A stretch of DNA of 64,000 nucleotides, from sequence record MH719082.1, one strand, 5' to 3'. The stretch comes from Escherichia phage vB_EcoM_IME392. Shown here piece by piece: positions 18,874 to 29,521 of this stretch. Position 1 is the stretch's first letter; each line of letters begins with the position of its first letter. Position numbers and translations under genes: made by a program. The notes beneath the pieces were generated by a model that worked only from the letters and a program-made list of their open reading frames with translations, was not told the DNA's origin and ran no database searches.

Positions 18874-19539
18874 ATGGCTAGTTTGGCGATCACTCCTGCT
18901 GATGTAATTGCTGCTCTTAATAAGTGGTTAGCTACTAACTATAAGACTGTTAAGAGTATCGTGTTTGATCCTATGGCTGGTTATGAAACATCCATAGAGA
19001 ATGTCAGAGCCACGAGTATTCAATTGAATAACTATCGTGAGGCTAAATCCACGATGCCGATTCTGTCGTGGAACCGGACGCCCTTCCGCAGAGGAGATAT
19101 GGGTAAAACCATATCCCAGAAGATGAAAGGTGCCGATGGTAAATGGTACAACGTAACTGTAGCCATGATGAAGATGGACTACAGATTCGTATTCTTCGCC
19201 ACGAATATGAAAGATGTTGAGCAGTTTGAGGTTGACTGGTTAACACAGCGTGGGTTAAACGGGATTACGAATGCTACAGTGAACATGGGGCAGTCGCTAG
19301 GTGAATTTACCTTCGCCTTAAACTGGGGCATGTCTCTGGAAGATATAACCTTTAATCTGGAGACTAATTACTACAAAGCCTTAACTGGCTCTGCGGAGAT
19401 TAGTGGACCGGTTATATCAGCCACGGAACTGGGTGAGGATGACCTCAATAACCTTATCGAGGTGGTTGAGTTCCAACTCCAGTCCTGTAATGGCGGAGTA
19501 CTTCCGGATAAGTTTACAATTACAGATCTCGGAGATTAA
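18874..19539 (+). CDS. hypothetical tail completion/neck protein
   Basis: ORF with RBS AGGGGA. Confidence 0.5.
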   Translation: MASLAITPADVIAALNKWLATNYKTVKSIVFDPMAGYETSIENVRATSIQLNNYREAKSTMPILSWNRTPFRRGDMGKTISQKMKGADGKWYNVTVAMMKMDYRFVFFATNMKDVEQFEVDWLTQRGLNGITNATVNMGQSLGEFTFALNWGMSLEDITFNLETNYYKALTGSAEISGPVISATELGEDDLNNLIEVVEFQLQSCNGGVLPDKFTITDLGD

Positions 19540-19540
19540 G

Positions 19541-19732
19541 ATGTCTGAACAAAATAAAACCGACGCCCCAGTTAGCGAAAAGGTTCGCCTGTTCTCTATT
19601 GTGGATTATGACGTCGAGATCACCATTAAAGGTGGTCAAACTATCCTCGTTCCTCCGAAGGGCATCCTGAAAGATGTTCCTAAAGAGTGGCTGGAAGATG
19701 TCAAACTTCCTGCTGGCGTTAAGATGAAATAA
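19541..19732 (+). CDS. small hypothetical protein
   Basis: ATG 19541 after GGAGAT; 63 aa; optimised codons. Confidence 0.45.
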   Translation: MSEQNKTDAPVSEKVRLFSIVDYDVEITIKGGQTILVPPKGILKDVPKEWLEDVKLPAGVKMK

Positions 19733-19742
19733 GGAGATTTAA

Positions 19743-21542
19743 ATGTCTGCACCACGCGTAAGCTATGCGGAGCGCGATCTGAGTGCGTACGTTCCTGCCA
19801 CTGAGACTATTTATGCGGCTATCGTAGTTGATGCTGTTAAAGGTCCGGTAGAGAAACCGATCGTGCCTGGCAATGCTCCCAACTTCCTGAAAATCTTTAC
19901 GCCAAATGAGCAAATCGACATCGGTATGTCTACTGCGCACTTCTCTGCGCTAACCGTGTTGGAGAAATACTCCAGCGTGGTGGTAGTTCGTGCTGCTTCT
20001 GCTGATGCTCGCTATTCAGGCGCTCTGGTAAATAAAGACGGTACCGTCGTTACTGCCAGTGATATTAAAGATCCGTCTGCAGTGGATATGGACGACGAGT
20101 CCTTCCTGATCGCAGCAGCTAACCAGGGTCTTTGGGGTGATGAACTCCGCTTCCAGGTACTCGGCTATAAAGCTACTGAGACTGTCGCCGTAACTGGTGG
20201 TATTCTTAAGTCTACCCAGAAATGGGGTGCTGGTTATCCGGTTAAACTGGCTGGCTCTAACCTGCCTGCTGAAGTAAATGATTACACCACTTACTTCGCA
20301 GTACCTGCTGCTGGTGGTATTAAGCTGGCAACCAGCCGAGCTAATGCTACCGCATCTACTCCTGTTACATTGACCGTGTCCGATGCTACTGGAGTTATCG
20401 TATCTCCAGCTGTGGAGTACACCAAGATCCCTAATACCTTCAATCTGCGGGTATTTAAAGCGGACGATCTGGTTAATCCAGTGCTGGACGTAATCGGTTC
20501 TAAGATCAATGGTCTTAAGGATCAGGACAATAAGTCTCTGTACATCGAAGATGTTACTGCCGACAATATCTACGCTCAGGTGTTTAATAACCCTCTGAAC
20601 ACTGATCCGGTTACTGACATCGTTATCCCAGCAGCATTGGGTGGTGGTTCTAACGGATCTCCTGTTACCGATGGAGACTGTATTCGTGCTCTGAATAAGC
20701 TCAACAACCCTCGTGAATTCGCTATTAAAGTGATCATGAACGGTGGTCGTACTTCTCAGGCATACGGTTCAGCGATCATCGCACTGGCAGAGTCCCGTGC
20801 TGACTGCGTCGGTATTACCTCGGTTCCTCTGACTGCACAGGGTGGTGTATCTCCTGCCCAGTCTATGGTTAACTATCGTAAGCACGACACTAACTGGGAT
20901 ACCAGTTATGCTGCCATGTATGCGCCTCACGTTAAGATCTACGATCGTTACAACGACCGTAATCTGTGGGTATCTCCGGACGGCGTTGCGACGAAGGCTA
21001 TCTTCGATACCGCATCTAACTTCGAGATCTGGTACCCAGTGGGTGGTAACAAGCGTGGCGTGGTTAACGTGCTGGATACGTACGTACACCTGCTAGACTC
21101 TGACCAGGATCTTCTGTATGATGCGGGTATTAACCCTATCGTATTCGAAGAAGGAGAAGGTATCAAGATCTGGGGTCAGAAGACTCTTCAGTATGCCAGC
21201 TCTATGCTGGATCGTCTGAATGTCCGACTCCTGCTGGTTACCATCGGTCCGGCTATCCGTAAACTGCTGGCGAACTTCCTGTTCGAATTCAACGATGCGG
21301 ATACTCGTGCGCTGGCTAAAGGTATGGTCGATACCTATATGGATTCGATCATGGCTCGTCGCGGTGTTACTAAGTATGTCACTATCTGTGATGATACCAA
21401 CAACACTGCAAGCGATGTGGATAACCATATCCTGCGAGTAAGCCTGCTGGTTTGCCCGAATAACTCGACCGAATACATCCCTCTGACTATTGGTATTACC
21501 AATAACAGTGTGGACTTCGATCTGGCCGCGGAAGCACTGTAA
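19743..21542 (+). CDS. tail sheath protein (putative)
   Basis: 599 aa; AAGGAG RBS; position before tube-sized gene; optimised codons. Confidence 0.5.
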   Translation: MSAPRVSYAERDLSAYVPATETIYAAIVVDAVKGPVEKPIVPGNAPNFLKIFTPNEQIDIGMSTAHFSALTVLEKYSSVVVVRAASADARYSGALVNKDGTVVTASDIKDPSAVDMDDESFLIAAANQGLWGDELRFQVLGYKATETVAVTGGILKSTQKWGAGYPVKLAGSNLPAEVNDYTTYFAVPAAGGIKLATSRANATASTPVTLTVSDATGVIVSPAVEYTKIPNTFNLRVFKADDLVNPVLDVIGSKINGLKDQDNKSLYIEDVTADNIYAQVFNNPLNTDPVTDIVIPAALGGGSNGSPVTDGDCIRALNKLNNPREFAIKVIMNGGRTSQAYGSAIIALAESRADCVGITSVPLTAQGGVSPAQSMVNYRKHDTNWDTSYAAMYAPHVKIYDRYNDRNLWVSPDGVATKAIFDTASNFEIWYPVGGNKRGVVNVLDTYVHLLDSDQDLLYDAGINPIVFEEGEGIKIWGQKTLQYASSMLDRLNVRLLLVTIGPAIRKLLANFLFEFNDADTRALAKGMVDTYMDSIMARRGVTKYVTICDDTNNTASDVDNHILRVSLLVCPNNSTEYIPLTIGITNNSVDFDLAAEAL

Positions 21543-21552
21543 GGAGATCAGG

Positions 21553-22077
21553 ATGCCGCCTATTACTTTGGATCAAGTCCGCAATCTGGGAGACTTCGCC
21601 ACGATCGTCGACTGGGAATTACAGTTCATCACTGTACCTTCCGGCCTGAATAATCTGTCGGATGCAGTCTTCCTGCGTTGCGAATCTTCGGATATTCCGA
21701 AAAAGACTGGTACTTCCACATCTATCCAGATTCGTGGTCTGGTGCCAGTTAAACAGCCTGGGATTTACGCTCCTCCTCAGACTCTTACACTAACCTGTAA
21801 CGAAACTGTGGATAACGCAATCGCTCAGCAGATTGCTAACTGGCGTGAAATGTGCTACCAGACTGGTACTGGTGTTGCTGGTCGTACTCAGGATGTTAAG
21901 GCGAAACTGCGTCTTAAACGTCTGAATCGTCAGAAAGTCGGTATCTGGTATTATGATCTCGAAGGTGTATTCCTGGAAGATTATGATGCTGGTGGCCAGC
22001 TGGGCTCTACTTCGGCTGACGTACTGAAACCAGTCCTGACGTTGTCCTACGACGACTTCAAGGAAGGAGCTCTTTAA
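21553..22077 (+). CDS. tail tube protein (putative)
   Basis: start at ATG 21553 after AAGGAGA; 174 aa following sheath. Confidence 0.5.
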   Translation: MPPITLDQVRNLGDFATIVDWELQFITVPSGLNNLSDAVFLRCESSDIPKKTGTSTSIQIRGLVPVKQPGIYAPPQTLTLTCNETVDNAIAQQIANWREMCYQTGTGVAGRTQDVKAKLRLKRLNRQKVGIWYYDLEGVFLEDYDAGGQLGSTSADVLKPVLTLSYDDFKEGAL

Positions 22078-22091
22078 TAGAGAGGTAGACC

Positions 22092-22568
22092 GTGTTTTTG
22101 AATAATGTTCAACAAGTACGGTCTATCGAATGGGGACAAATGCACTTGTGGGATGTAAGATTCCCTGATGCTCCGTCCCCATTCTCCGACTGGTTTCCTG
22201 CTACGGATTATCAGTTGAACTCAGTAACTGGGTTAGCTATGTCTCAGCAGTTTTACATGCGAGATTTTAAGTTCCCCCAGAGTAAAGGATCTCCGGATTT
22301 AACATTCCAGGTATTGGACGATGAGAAGATGACACTCCATGAGTGGTATCAGCATTGGTTCGATGAAATATACCAGGAATCTTCCGGAGTACTTACTTTA
22401 GCTGAGTGTGTTAGACCAGTTATAGTAGCTACCTTAAATCGTCAGAGACAGAGAGTGTTGTTAGAGACATTCTATGTATTCCCAGACGGTGCGGTAAACA
22501 GAAGTGGCTCGTCCAATTCGGATCAAGTCAACTTCACAATGAACTTCATCATAGCAGGTAAGAACTAA
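22092..22568 (+). CDS. tail assembly chaperone candidate
   Basis: GTG start with AGAGGTAG RBS; position between tube and tape measure. Confidence 0.4.
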   Translation: MFLNNVQQVRSIEWGQMHLWDVRFPDAPSPFSDWFPATDYQLNSVTGLAMSQQFYMRDFKFPQSKGSPDLTFQVLDDEKMTLHEWYQHWFDEIYQESSGVLTLAECVRPVIVATLNRQRQRVLLETFYVFPDGAVNRSGSSNSDQVNFTMNFIIAGKN

Positions 22569-22574
22569 GGATCA

Positions 22575-23405
22575 ATGATGGAAACTGTATCTCGTGAAGA
22601 ATTAGCGTCCCAGAAGGCTTCCGAGGAAGTCGTTGCTGCGACTCCTGTAGTCGATCCGGCTACGTCAGACTCTACTGGTATTCTGATTACCGCGGAACAG
22701 CTTCCGTCTCGGTTCTTAGCTTACCCTGCTGGTACCACTATTTCGTATAAGCCCTACAGCTTCGGCGAAGTAGAGAGATGGTCCCACGGTAAGATGACTC
22801 TTGAGCAGAAGATCGAACTAACCTTCGCCAACATCGAAACTCGCGGTATAACTAAGGGACAGATCGTATTCGAAGATCTCCTCCTTATTATGGTACTCCG
22901 TAAGTTAACCACGTTCTCTAAGAACGAGTGGCGTCTTTCCTACACATGCCCAGGTTGCCAGGAATATATCTCCTCTAGCCGTAGCTTAAGCGAGATTATC
23001 TTCCAGGACTTAACCGAAATAGAAGAATTGCCTATTATCCTCGATCTTCCTAATGGGGATACTCTGGAATTCACCCCGTTTACGGTTGATGATATGATGG
23101 TGTGCCGTCGTATCTCTCCCGAGCGCTCTGCGGAAGTAGAGTTGCCTAAGATGGTCCGTAATAAGACCTACGAAGAAGCCAAGAAGATTATCCTCGAGAA
23201 TAAAGACTCTGATATAATTCAGGCTCTTCAGATGATCGACGAGATTCTTGACTTTGGTCGCCAGTATATTGAATGTGCTTGCCCTAAGTGTGGACATAAG
23301 GCCGAAGTAACGGTCAAGGGGGTAAGCCAACTGGCGGAACCGTTTCGTAGAGATGAAGTCTCTATTAAACATCTCATCTCTTTTGGCAAGAAGAAACATG
23401 GTTGA
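22575..23405 (+). CDS. tail assembly protein candidate
   Basis: 276 aa; AAGGA RBS; contains CxxC...CxxC. Confidence 0.4.
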   Translation: MMETVSREELASQKASEEVVAATPVVDPATSDSTGILITAEQLPSRFLAYPAGTTISYKPYSFGEVERWSHGKMTLEQKIELTFANIETRGITKGQIVFEDLLLIMVLRKLTTFSKNEWRLSYTCPGCQEYISSSRSLSEIIFQDLTEIEELPIILDLPNGDTLEFTPFTVDDMMVCRRISPERSAEVELPKMVRNKTYEEAKKIILENKDSDIIQALQMIDEILDFGRQYIECACPKCGHKAEVTVKGVSQLAEPFRRDEVSIKHLISFGKKKHG

Positions 23406-23483
23406 TCTTTACCACGTGAAAAGGATGGACTTTTCCGAGGCATTCCACCATTATCAAGAAATAGTTGCTGCGGAGAGTAAATA

Positions 23484-26342
23484 ATGGTTAGCATAGTTAG
23501 AGGCATATCTGGGATTGCTCGTACAGAAGCTACCGATCCGATTAAGGATGCCTCTGATTACGAGCATGCCAGGTCTAAATTGGAAGAAGATCTTATCGGG
23601 ATCCGTTCTACGGTTAAGATACTCTCCAGCAACGATGTAGATGTAGGTCTTAGCTCCGATGAAGTTAAGACCCTGAATACACTGATGGGTAAGTTTTACG
23701 GCAGGGCTAAGTTCTCTACCCAGGAAGCTGAGCAGCTGATCTCCTTAAGAGATAAAGTCGGCCAGGTTGCGGATATGTACGCTACTGCCGAGGATCAAAA
23801 GGCCATCGCTGCGGAATCTTTACTCGACACCTATCAGTCAATATTAAATGACTCTAGACTTACTCGTGGCGTCCGTATGACTGCTATGAGAGAACTGAGT
23901 GGGTTACTTCGGGTACTTAACGTATCCAATTCCTCACTTAGTACTATCAATATGCGGAAGAATAACCGCATCATTGAGCAAGCTAGAGCTGAGTTAGCCA
24001 ATCAGAACGTAAAGATTAAATATTCTGATACGGTAAAGGTTGCTAACTTAACGAACAGGAGTAAGGATGAGAGGGATACTCTTGACAGATTTAACATACG
24101 TCAAACTGGCCGTAATTTAAGGGATTCGTTCCTTAATACCCCATCGCAGTTTTCCGTAGGTTCTGTCCGCAAGGAAGCACTCTCATCAGGTCTAGGTGCC
24201 TTAGGTTTAGGGGACCTGGATAGTGTATTCGGTATATCTGATAAATTGGATGGTGCCATATCATCCATGTTCCGTAAAAGGAAAGATGAACCGGATACTA
24301 CTGACGAAGAATTAAAGGCCATATCTCGAGAGATTCTTAAATCAGAAAATAAACCCGATGGAGAATCTTCCACTGAGGCCTCTGCTAAAGTCGACGGTAA
24401 AGAGGCTAAGGTCGAGATTACTACTCCAGATGCTACTGTAAATCCAAAACCCAGTTTCGGACCTACTCCAGAAGAGGAGCAGAATCAGAAGCTGGACGAG
24501 ATTAACAACAGCATTCGAGAGTTAATTAATGAGACTAGGTCTGGCCAGGACGAACTGTCCCGTAAGCAGACTCAGTTAATTAATGGTCAGTCTACTTTGG
24601 TGGATATCGATGAGCAACTGGTATCGGTAACCAGAGCTAATGGAAGAGCTAACCATGAAGAAATTGATCCTTTCGCTAACGAACAGAAGCAGGGTGCTGC
24701 TGATTCTATCTTTGATGATCTTATCGGTGGTGGCGATGAGCGTGGCCGCAGAGGTAGAAGAGGTAGGGGAAGAAGAGGCAGGACTCGTCTCGGTCGTGGA
24801 CTCAGCAGGTTCGGTAGACTCGGCAGGATGGCAGGCAGAGCAGTCGACGCAGCTGCCACCGGAGGACTTGCGAGAGGTGCTGCTCGTGGAGGTGGTGCGC
24901 TTCTGAGAGCTGGCCTTAAGGGAGCTAAGTTCATCCCAGGAATCGGGTTAGCCGTAACTGCTGGTATGGGAGTTTATGATGCTGTCTCTGGATGGGATGG
25001 AGATAAGGCTAAGGAACTATTCGGTAGTGACGATAACTGGGCTAAGGCTGGCTCATCTGCAGCCTCACTATCCTCTGGGTTAACTTTAGGGTTAGCATCT
25101 CCAGAGGATGTAGTGAATGTCGCTAAGTCTGCTGTAGATACTGTACAGAAGACATACGAAGGTGCGGTTAATATTGCAAATAACCTAACGGCGTCATTCT
25201 CAGGGATGTATAAGAATGCGTCCGACTGGCTTTCCAAGTCCGTCTCCGATACATCTAAGTGGTTCTCCGATAGTTACGACTCAGTAACCAAGTCCATAAC
25301 CGGAGAAATCAGTGAATTATCTAACTTGGTTACAGAATTTATAAATGATCCTATGAAGTCTATAGGTGAAGGTATTGGTGGCCTATTTGATTGGCTATCA
25401 GACCTACCGGTAGTCGGTGACTTCTTTAAAGGACTTAAGAAAGGAGCTGTTGCGGTATCCAATGGGATTATCGGAGCAGGTGCCTCCATAGTTAATGGCG
25501 CAAGAGCTGTTGGTGGAATAATATCCAATGGTTATGACAGTGCTGTTGATGCCGGTGGTAGTATCCTACAGTCCGCTATGCAGAATGCCTCTCGATACCT
25601 CCCAAGCTCTAAGGAGCAGACGGAGCGTAAGAACAATCTGGCAGAGTATGCTAAGCAGCAGGGAATCGACGATAAAGAATTGGCTCTATTCATGGGCCAG
25701 GTTCAGCATGAATCTGGTAACTTCCGTTATAATAAAGAACTAGCCTCTGGTAAAGCGTACGAGGGTCGTAAAGACCTGGGTAACGTAAATCCTGGGGACG
25801 GGGTTCGTTATAAGGGTCGTGGCTGGATACAGCTTACTGGTAGGGCTAATTACCAGAAATATGGTAAGATGCTGGGTATAGATCTCGAAAATAATCCGGA
25901 GATGGCTGAAGATCCTGAAATCGCCAATAAGTTGGCGGTTGCATATTGGAAAGATCGTGTGCGACCACAGCTGGAGAAGAAAGGATCTACTGTTGAAGTG
26001 GCAACTAAGGCAGTCAATGGTGGGTATAATGGGTTAGCAGACCGTGCTGCATATACTGCAGAATGGATGAAGAATGGTTCTGATGCTGAGGCATCTAAGT
26101 CAGGAGCTACCCAGGTTGCTCAGAACGTACCTCTCGAGGTCCCTAAAGCTCCTACCCCTACAGACGATGTTAATAAACAACGTCAAGATCAGAATAATCA
26201 ATTGGCTGCTATGGCTGCTGGTTCCACCAGAAATCAGGATCCTGCTGCTATAACTCCTAACGTACCTTCAGTGGTTACGGATAAGAGTGACACTATTGAT
26301 GACTATGGTCTGGCGTTCTTCAACAAGATGGTGTTCTCATAA
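23484..26342 (+). CDS. tape measure protein with GH19-like lysozyme domain
   Basis: 952 aa; Arg/Gly-rich tract RGRRGRRGRGRRGRTRLGRG; GH19-like block QVQHESGNFRY...YKGRGWIQLTGRANY. Confidence 0.7.
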   Translation: MVSIVRGISGIARTEATDPIKDASDYEHARSKLEEDLIGIRSTVKILSSNDVDVGLSSDEVKTLNTLMGKFYGRAKFSTQEAEQLISLRDKVGQVADMYATAEDQKAIAAESLLDTYQSILNDSRLTRGVRMTAMRELSGLLRVLNVSNSSLSTINMRKNNRIIEQARAELANQNVKIKYSDTVKVANLTNRSKDERDTLDRFNIRQTGRNLRDSFLNTPSQFSVGSVRKEALSSGLGALGLGDLDSVFGISDKLDGAISSMFRKRKDEPDTTDEELKAISREILKSENKPDGESSTEASAKVDGKEAKVEITTPDATVNPKPSFGPTPEEEQNQKLDEINNSIRELINETRSGQDELSRKQTQLINGQSTLVDIDEQLVSVTRANGRANHEEIDPFANEQKQGAADSIFDDLIGGGDERGRRGRRGRGRRGRTRLGRGLSRFGRLGRMAGRAVDAAATGGLARGAARGGGALLRAGLKGAKFIPGIGLAVTAGMGVYDAVSGWDGDKAKELFGSDDNWAKAGSSAASLSSGLTLGLASPEDVVNVAKSAVDTVQKTYEGAVNIANNLTASFSGMYKNASDWLSKSVSDTSKWFSDSYDSVTKSITGEISELSNLVTEFINDPMKSIGEGIGGLFDWLSDLPVVGDFFKGLKKGAVAVSNGIIGAGASIVNGARAVGGIISNGYDSAVDAGGSILQSAMQNASRYLPSSKEQTERKNNLAEYAKQQGIDDKELALFMGQVQHESGNFRYNKELASGKAYEGRKDLGNVNPGDGVRYKGRGWIQLTGRANYQKYGKMLGIDLENNPEMAEDPEIANKLAVAYWKDRVRPQLEKKGSTVEVATKAVNGGYNGLADRAAYTAEWMKNGSDAEASKSGATQVAQNVPLEVPKAPTPTDDVNKQRQDQNNQLAAMAAGSTRNQDPAAITPNVPSVVTDKSDTIDDYGLAFFNKMVFS

Positions 26343-26977
26343 TGGCAGTATTAGACATCGAGAAGCTATACGCGAATCCAGATGCTAGAATTGTCTTAGT
26401 CCATCCTGGTAACAAGTCCCGTACTGTAGGTCTTATAGAGACGGATTTCGGATTCGATATTTCGTCTCTGTTTGAATCTGGTGAAAACTTGATGGCTGGT
26501 ACCTTAACGCGAGGTGCTAACGCGGTAGCTAATACCGTGGGTATGGATCAGATGGTTATACGAAATATTCGTGAAACTATCGCTCAGTGGCGAGGAAGTA
26601 CCAAACCAGTATTTCCAGTGCCTCTGACAATTATCTCATACAATCCATCCATCAGACCTTTGGACATAGTTAAAGAGTTCCTGGCTGGGGTAACATACAC
26701 TACCAAGAACGGACTTATGTTCGGAGCTCCTAATGGGTACTCTGTAACCAAGGCGACTGGTAATTTCAATCCGGATACCGCTATAACAGGTACATGGACT
26801 CTGCAGATCGGCCAGTGGTTCAGGGCAACTAGCCTTATACTCGTGAACGTGTCGACTCAGTACAGCAAGGAAATAGCTCGCTCTACTGGTCAGCCGTTAT
26901 GGGCTAAGGTGCAACTGTCCTTCACCCCAGCATATCTGCCGGATGAGGATCATGTAAGATCCTGGTTTATTAAATAG
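26342..26977 (+). CDS. hypothetical tail/baseplate protein
   Basis: ORF, translationally coupled. Confidence 0.5.
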   Translation: MAVLDIEKLYANPDARIVLVHPGNKSRTVGLIETDFGFDISSLFESGENLMAGTLTRGANAVANTVGMDQMVIRNIRETIAQWRGSTKPVFPVPLTIISYNPSIRPLDIVKEFLAGVTYTTKNGLMFGAPNGYSVTKATGNFNPDTAITGTWTLQIGQWFRATSLILVNVSTQYSKEIARSTGQPLWAKVQLSFTPAYLPDEDHVRSWFIK

Positions 26978-26984
26978 GTGACTT

Positions 26985-27362
26985 ATGTTCAAGATAGACT
27001 CAGACAAATTGGCTCAGAGGTATGATATCTCTAAATTCATGTCTAATGAGAATGGGTCTATCTTGGACTCTGTTGATTCTGAATTTATGTACAAACTGAA
27101 GAATCTTTCTCGGTATGGTACATATACAGTGATCTCAGAAGTGGGTAGACCCGACCTACTCTCAGAACGAATCTATGGTGCTGGATTGACTCAGTACTGG
27201 TGGATTCTTATGATGGTGAATGAGTTGCGGTTCCCATGGGACTTAACCATGAACTTAGTTCTGAGATATCCACTGATTGACGATCTGGAAGATATTTACT
27301 TCTCGCTGACTCCAGATGTGTCATCTGTCTCCGCTACTGCTAAAGTGGAGAGCTTATCATGA
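26985..27362 (+). CDS. hypothetical tail/baseplate protein
   Basis: ORF with RBS. Confidence 0.5.
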   Translation: MFKIDSDKLAQRYDISKFMSNENGSILDSVDSEFMYKLKNLSRYGTYTVISEVGRPDLLSERIYGAGLTQYWWILMMVNELRFPWDLTMNLVLRYPLIDDLEDIYFSLTPDVSSVSATAKVESLS

Positions 27363-28483
27363 TAGGTGTAAAAGGTCAATATGTTGCCATGTTTAAGATT
27401 GGCGACTTTAAAGACTTCATCGGCCCTAGAGATCTTATCCAGTTTAAGATCATCGAAGAGGCTGGTAACGTTATGCCTACTTATGAGCTAGTTTTCGAGT
27501 GCCGAGATGAGCAAATAGTCTCAGTACTCAAGGAAGGCAATTTCATTTATGCCAGTTTCGGTCGTAACGAAGCTAGCATGATTAACGTTAAGTTAGCCAT
27601 CCTAAAACGTCAGAAAACTAATTTCGGAGTAGGGTCTCAAATCCTCAGAGTACTGGGAGTCTTCGGAGCTGTTCCGTACAGAATAGATTCCCAGGCAGCA
27701 AGTCATACTGGTACCTCAATAGAGGTGATGAAGTCTATAGTCTCTAAGTATTTTAAGGCAGACTTCAATTGCCCAGCATCTGATAACAAGATGAACTGGC
27801 TGCAGAATAACATTAACGATCGAGATTTCGTTAACCAGTTATGGCTTCACAGTAATTTAAACTCCGATACTCCATTGGTAGGTATTACTACTGATGGTTT
27901 GTTTAGGGTCCGGTCTATCTCTACAGCAGTGGACAGGAATAATCCTAACTGGAAGTTAACTTCCCTAGAGACCAAAGATGCCGGTGCTATTTATTACGAT
28001 AAGCCACCTAACATCTATAGCGATTCAGGAGCAGTAAATGCTCTTGGTGGCTATGCCAAATCCAGGATTGTTCACAATCAGAGCGACAATCAGTCGTTCT
28101 ACTCCACTCCTCAGGGATCCCCTATCCTATCAGTATCGAGTAATCAGGAAGTCTCGGATACGGGACGGCGTCTGGGAGGAGTGTCCATCCTTAATGAGAA
28201 TGTACATTCTTCCTACCATTCGTCCTTCGATTACAACATCCGAAACCTCCTCCGATTATCCATGATGAAAGCCAAGGTCGAGATTACTGGGTATTATTTC
28301 AATATCAGAGTTCTCGATTCTGTGTTACTTAAAGAAGACTCTGATGCTCGTCGTAAGGAAGCCAATATGGATTCGTCAGGTCTTTGGCTAACCCAGAAGG
28401 TGTGCAGGATCTTCACTAACAAAGACTTATGTACCGTCCTTACGTTATGCAGAGATGGGATGAATAATTCCAGAGAGGTTTAA
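27359..28483 (+). CDS. baseplate hub candidate
   Basis: 374 aa, ATGA overlap with upstream gene. Confidence 0.4.
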   Translation: MIGVKGQYVAMFKIGDFKDFIGPRDLIQFKIIEEAGNVMPTYELVFECRDEQIVSVLKEGNFIYASFGRNEASMINVKLAILKRQKTNFGVGSQILRVLGVFGAVPYRIDSQAASHTGTSIEVMKSIVSKYFKADFNCPASDNKMNWLQNNINDRDFVNQLWLHSNLNSDTPLVGITTDGLFRVRSISTAVDRNNPNWKLTSLETKDAGAIYYDKPPNIYSDSGAVNALGGYAKSRIVHNQSDNQSFYSTPQGSPILSVSSNQEVSDTGRRLGGVSILNENVHSSYHSSFDYNIRNLLRLSMMKAKVEITGYYFNIRVLDSVLLKEDSDARRKEANMDSSGLWLTQKVCRIFTNKDLCTVLTLCRDGMNNSREV

Positions 28484-28485
28484 GT

Positions 28486-29145
28486 ATGATAAATATTATA
28501 GACCTCATGCGTAATGGTCAGGATCCTCTGAAGGCCATCCATAAGGGAGTAGTCGTTGATAATAACGACCCTGCCCAAAAATGCAGAGTAAAGGTTAGGG
28601 TTCCTGGGGTACTCGATGGTGATGGTATCCCATGGGCCATTCCTATTGCATCTGCATTCCTGGGGGATGGGGAATCTGACCGTGTGGAAATACCAGAAGT
28701 AGGTACCGAGGTATCTGTCTCGTTCCCCACAGGAGATCAGCATTTCCCATTCTACACTGGGAGATGGCACTCTAAGGAAGTCCCGGAAGAGTTTAAAGAG
28801 AATTATCCCAATAGGTACGGATTTAAGGATTCTACCGGCACTGTATTCTATATAGATAAAGTGTCTAAGGAAGTTCATTTTAAGCACTGTTCTGGATTTC
28901 AGTTCGATATTGACCAAGAGGCTAATTTTACTCTCACCACCCCAGGAGGAGGTAAGGTCGATATCGCTAAAGCTCTGGAGATAATCGCCAAAGAGCATAT
29001 CAAACTGGATACTCCTCTTGTCGATGGAACAGGAGAGATCAAGGACAAGGTTCGCAAGATGTCGGAAGATCGCGCTATCTACAACGGTCACGATCATGTT
29101 GGCGATAGTGGTGGTAGTACATCTCCGCCTAACTCTAAACAGTAG
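28486..29145 (+). CDS. baseplate spike (gpV/gp5-like) protein
   Basis: 219 aa; N-terminal KGVVVDNNDP...RVKVRVPG...IPWA pattern. Confidence 0.5.
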   Translation: MINIIDLMRNGQDPLKAIHKGVVVDNNDPAQKCRVKVRVPGVLDGDGIPWAIPIASAFLGDGESDRVEIPEVGTEVSVSFPTGDQHFPFYTGRWHSKEVPEEFKENYPNRYGFKDSTGTVFYIDKVSKEVHFKHCSGFQFDIDQEANFTLTTPGGGKVDIAKALEIIAKEHIKLDTPLVDGTGEIKDKVRKMSEDRAIYNGHDHVGDSGGSTSPPNSKQ

Positions 29146-29149
29146 GTTC

Positions 29150-29521
29150 ATGATGGTTCAGCCAATTTATCGAGATATAGACCAGACCCTTAAGCGTAAC
29201 TCGCTTAAGGATGGTGATGCAGTATTTCAGGCCATAGTTAATGTACTGAAGACTCGCAAAGGTACCAGAATGTTTAATATGGAGTTTGGTTCTAATCTCG
29301 AAGATATCATCATGGAACCATGCGACGATATCACTGGTCTGCAAGTTTATGCAGAGGTGGTCGACGCTGTTACGAGATGGGAGCCAAGAGCCCTGTTAGA
29401 CCGAGGTAAAACTAAGGTTACTCCTGATCCGGATAATCACATATTCTGGGTAGACTTATGGTTCTCTGTCAAAGGAATCGATGGTCAAGAATTTAACTAC
29501 GAGGTGGGTCTGAAACGATGA
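29150..29521 (+). CDS. baseplate wedge protein (gp25/GPW-like)
   Basis: about 123 aa; start at ATG following upstream stop; size and position. Confidence 0.55.
   Translation: MMVQPIYRDIDQTLKRNSLKDGDAVFQAIVNVLKTRKGTRMFNMEFGSNLEDIIMEPCDDITGLQVYAEVVDAVTRWEPRALLDRGKTKVTPDPDNHIFWVDLWFSVKGIDGQEFNYEVGLKR

Noticed and set aside
22092-23405. Programmed -1 frameshift joining the two chaperone-position genes upstream of the tape measure
   Set aside because: No slippery heptamer near the end of 22092-22568, and the second gene has its own AAGGA RBS and ATG; treated as two separate genes.
24587-24934. Overlapping ORFs on both strands (24587-24934 -, 24640-24906 +) with Pro/Arg/Leu-rich translations
   Set aside because: They fall within the Arg/Gly-rich low-complexity tract of the tape measure gene; alternative frames of a repeat stay open by chance.
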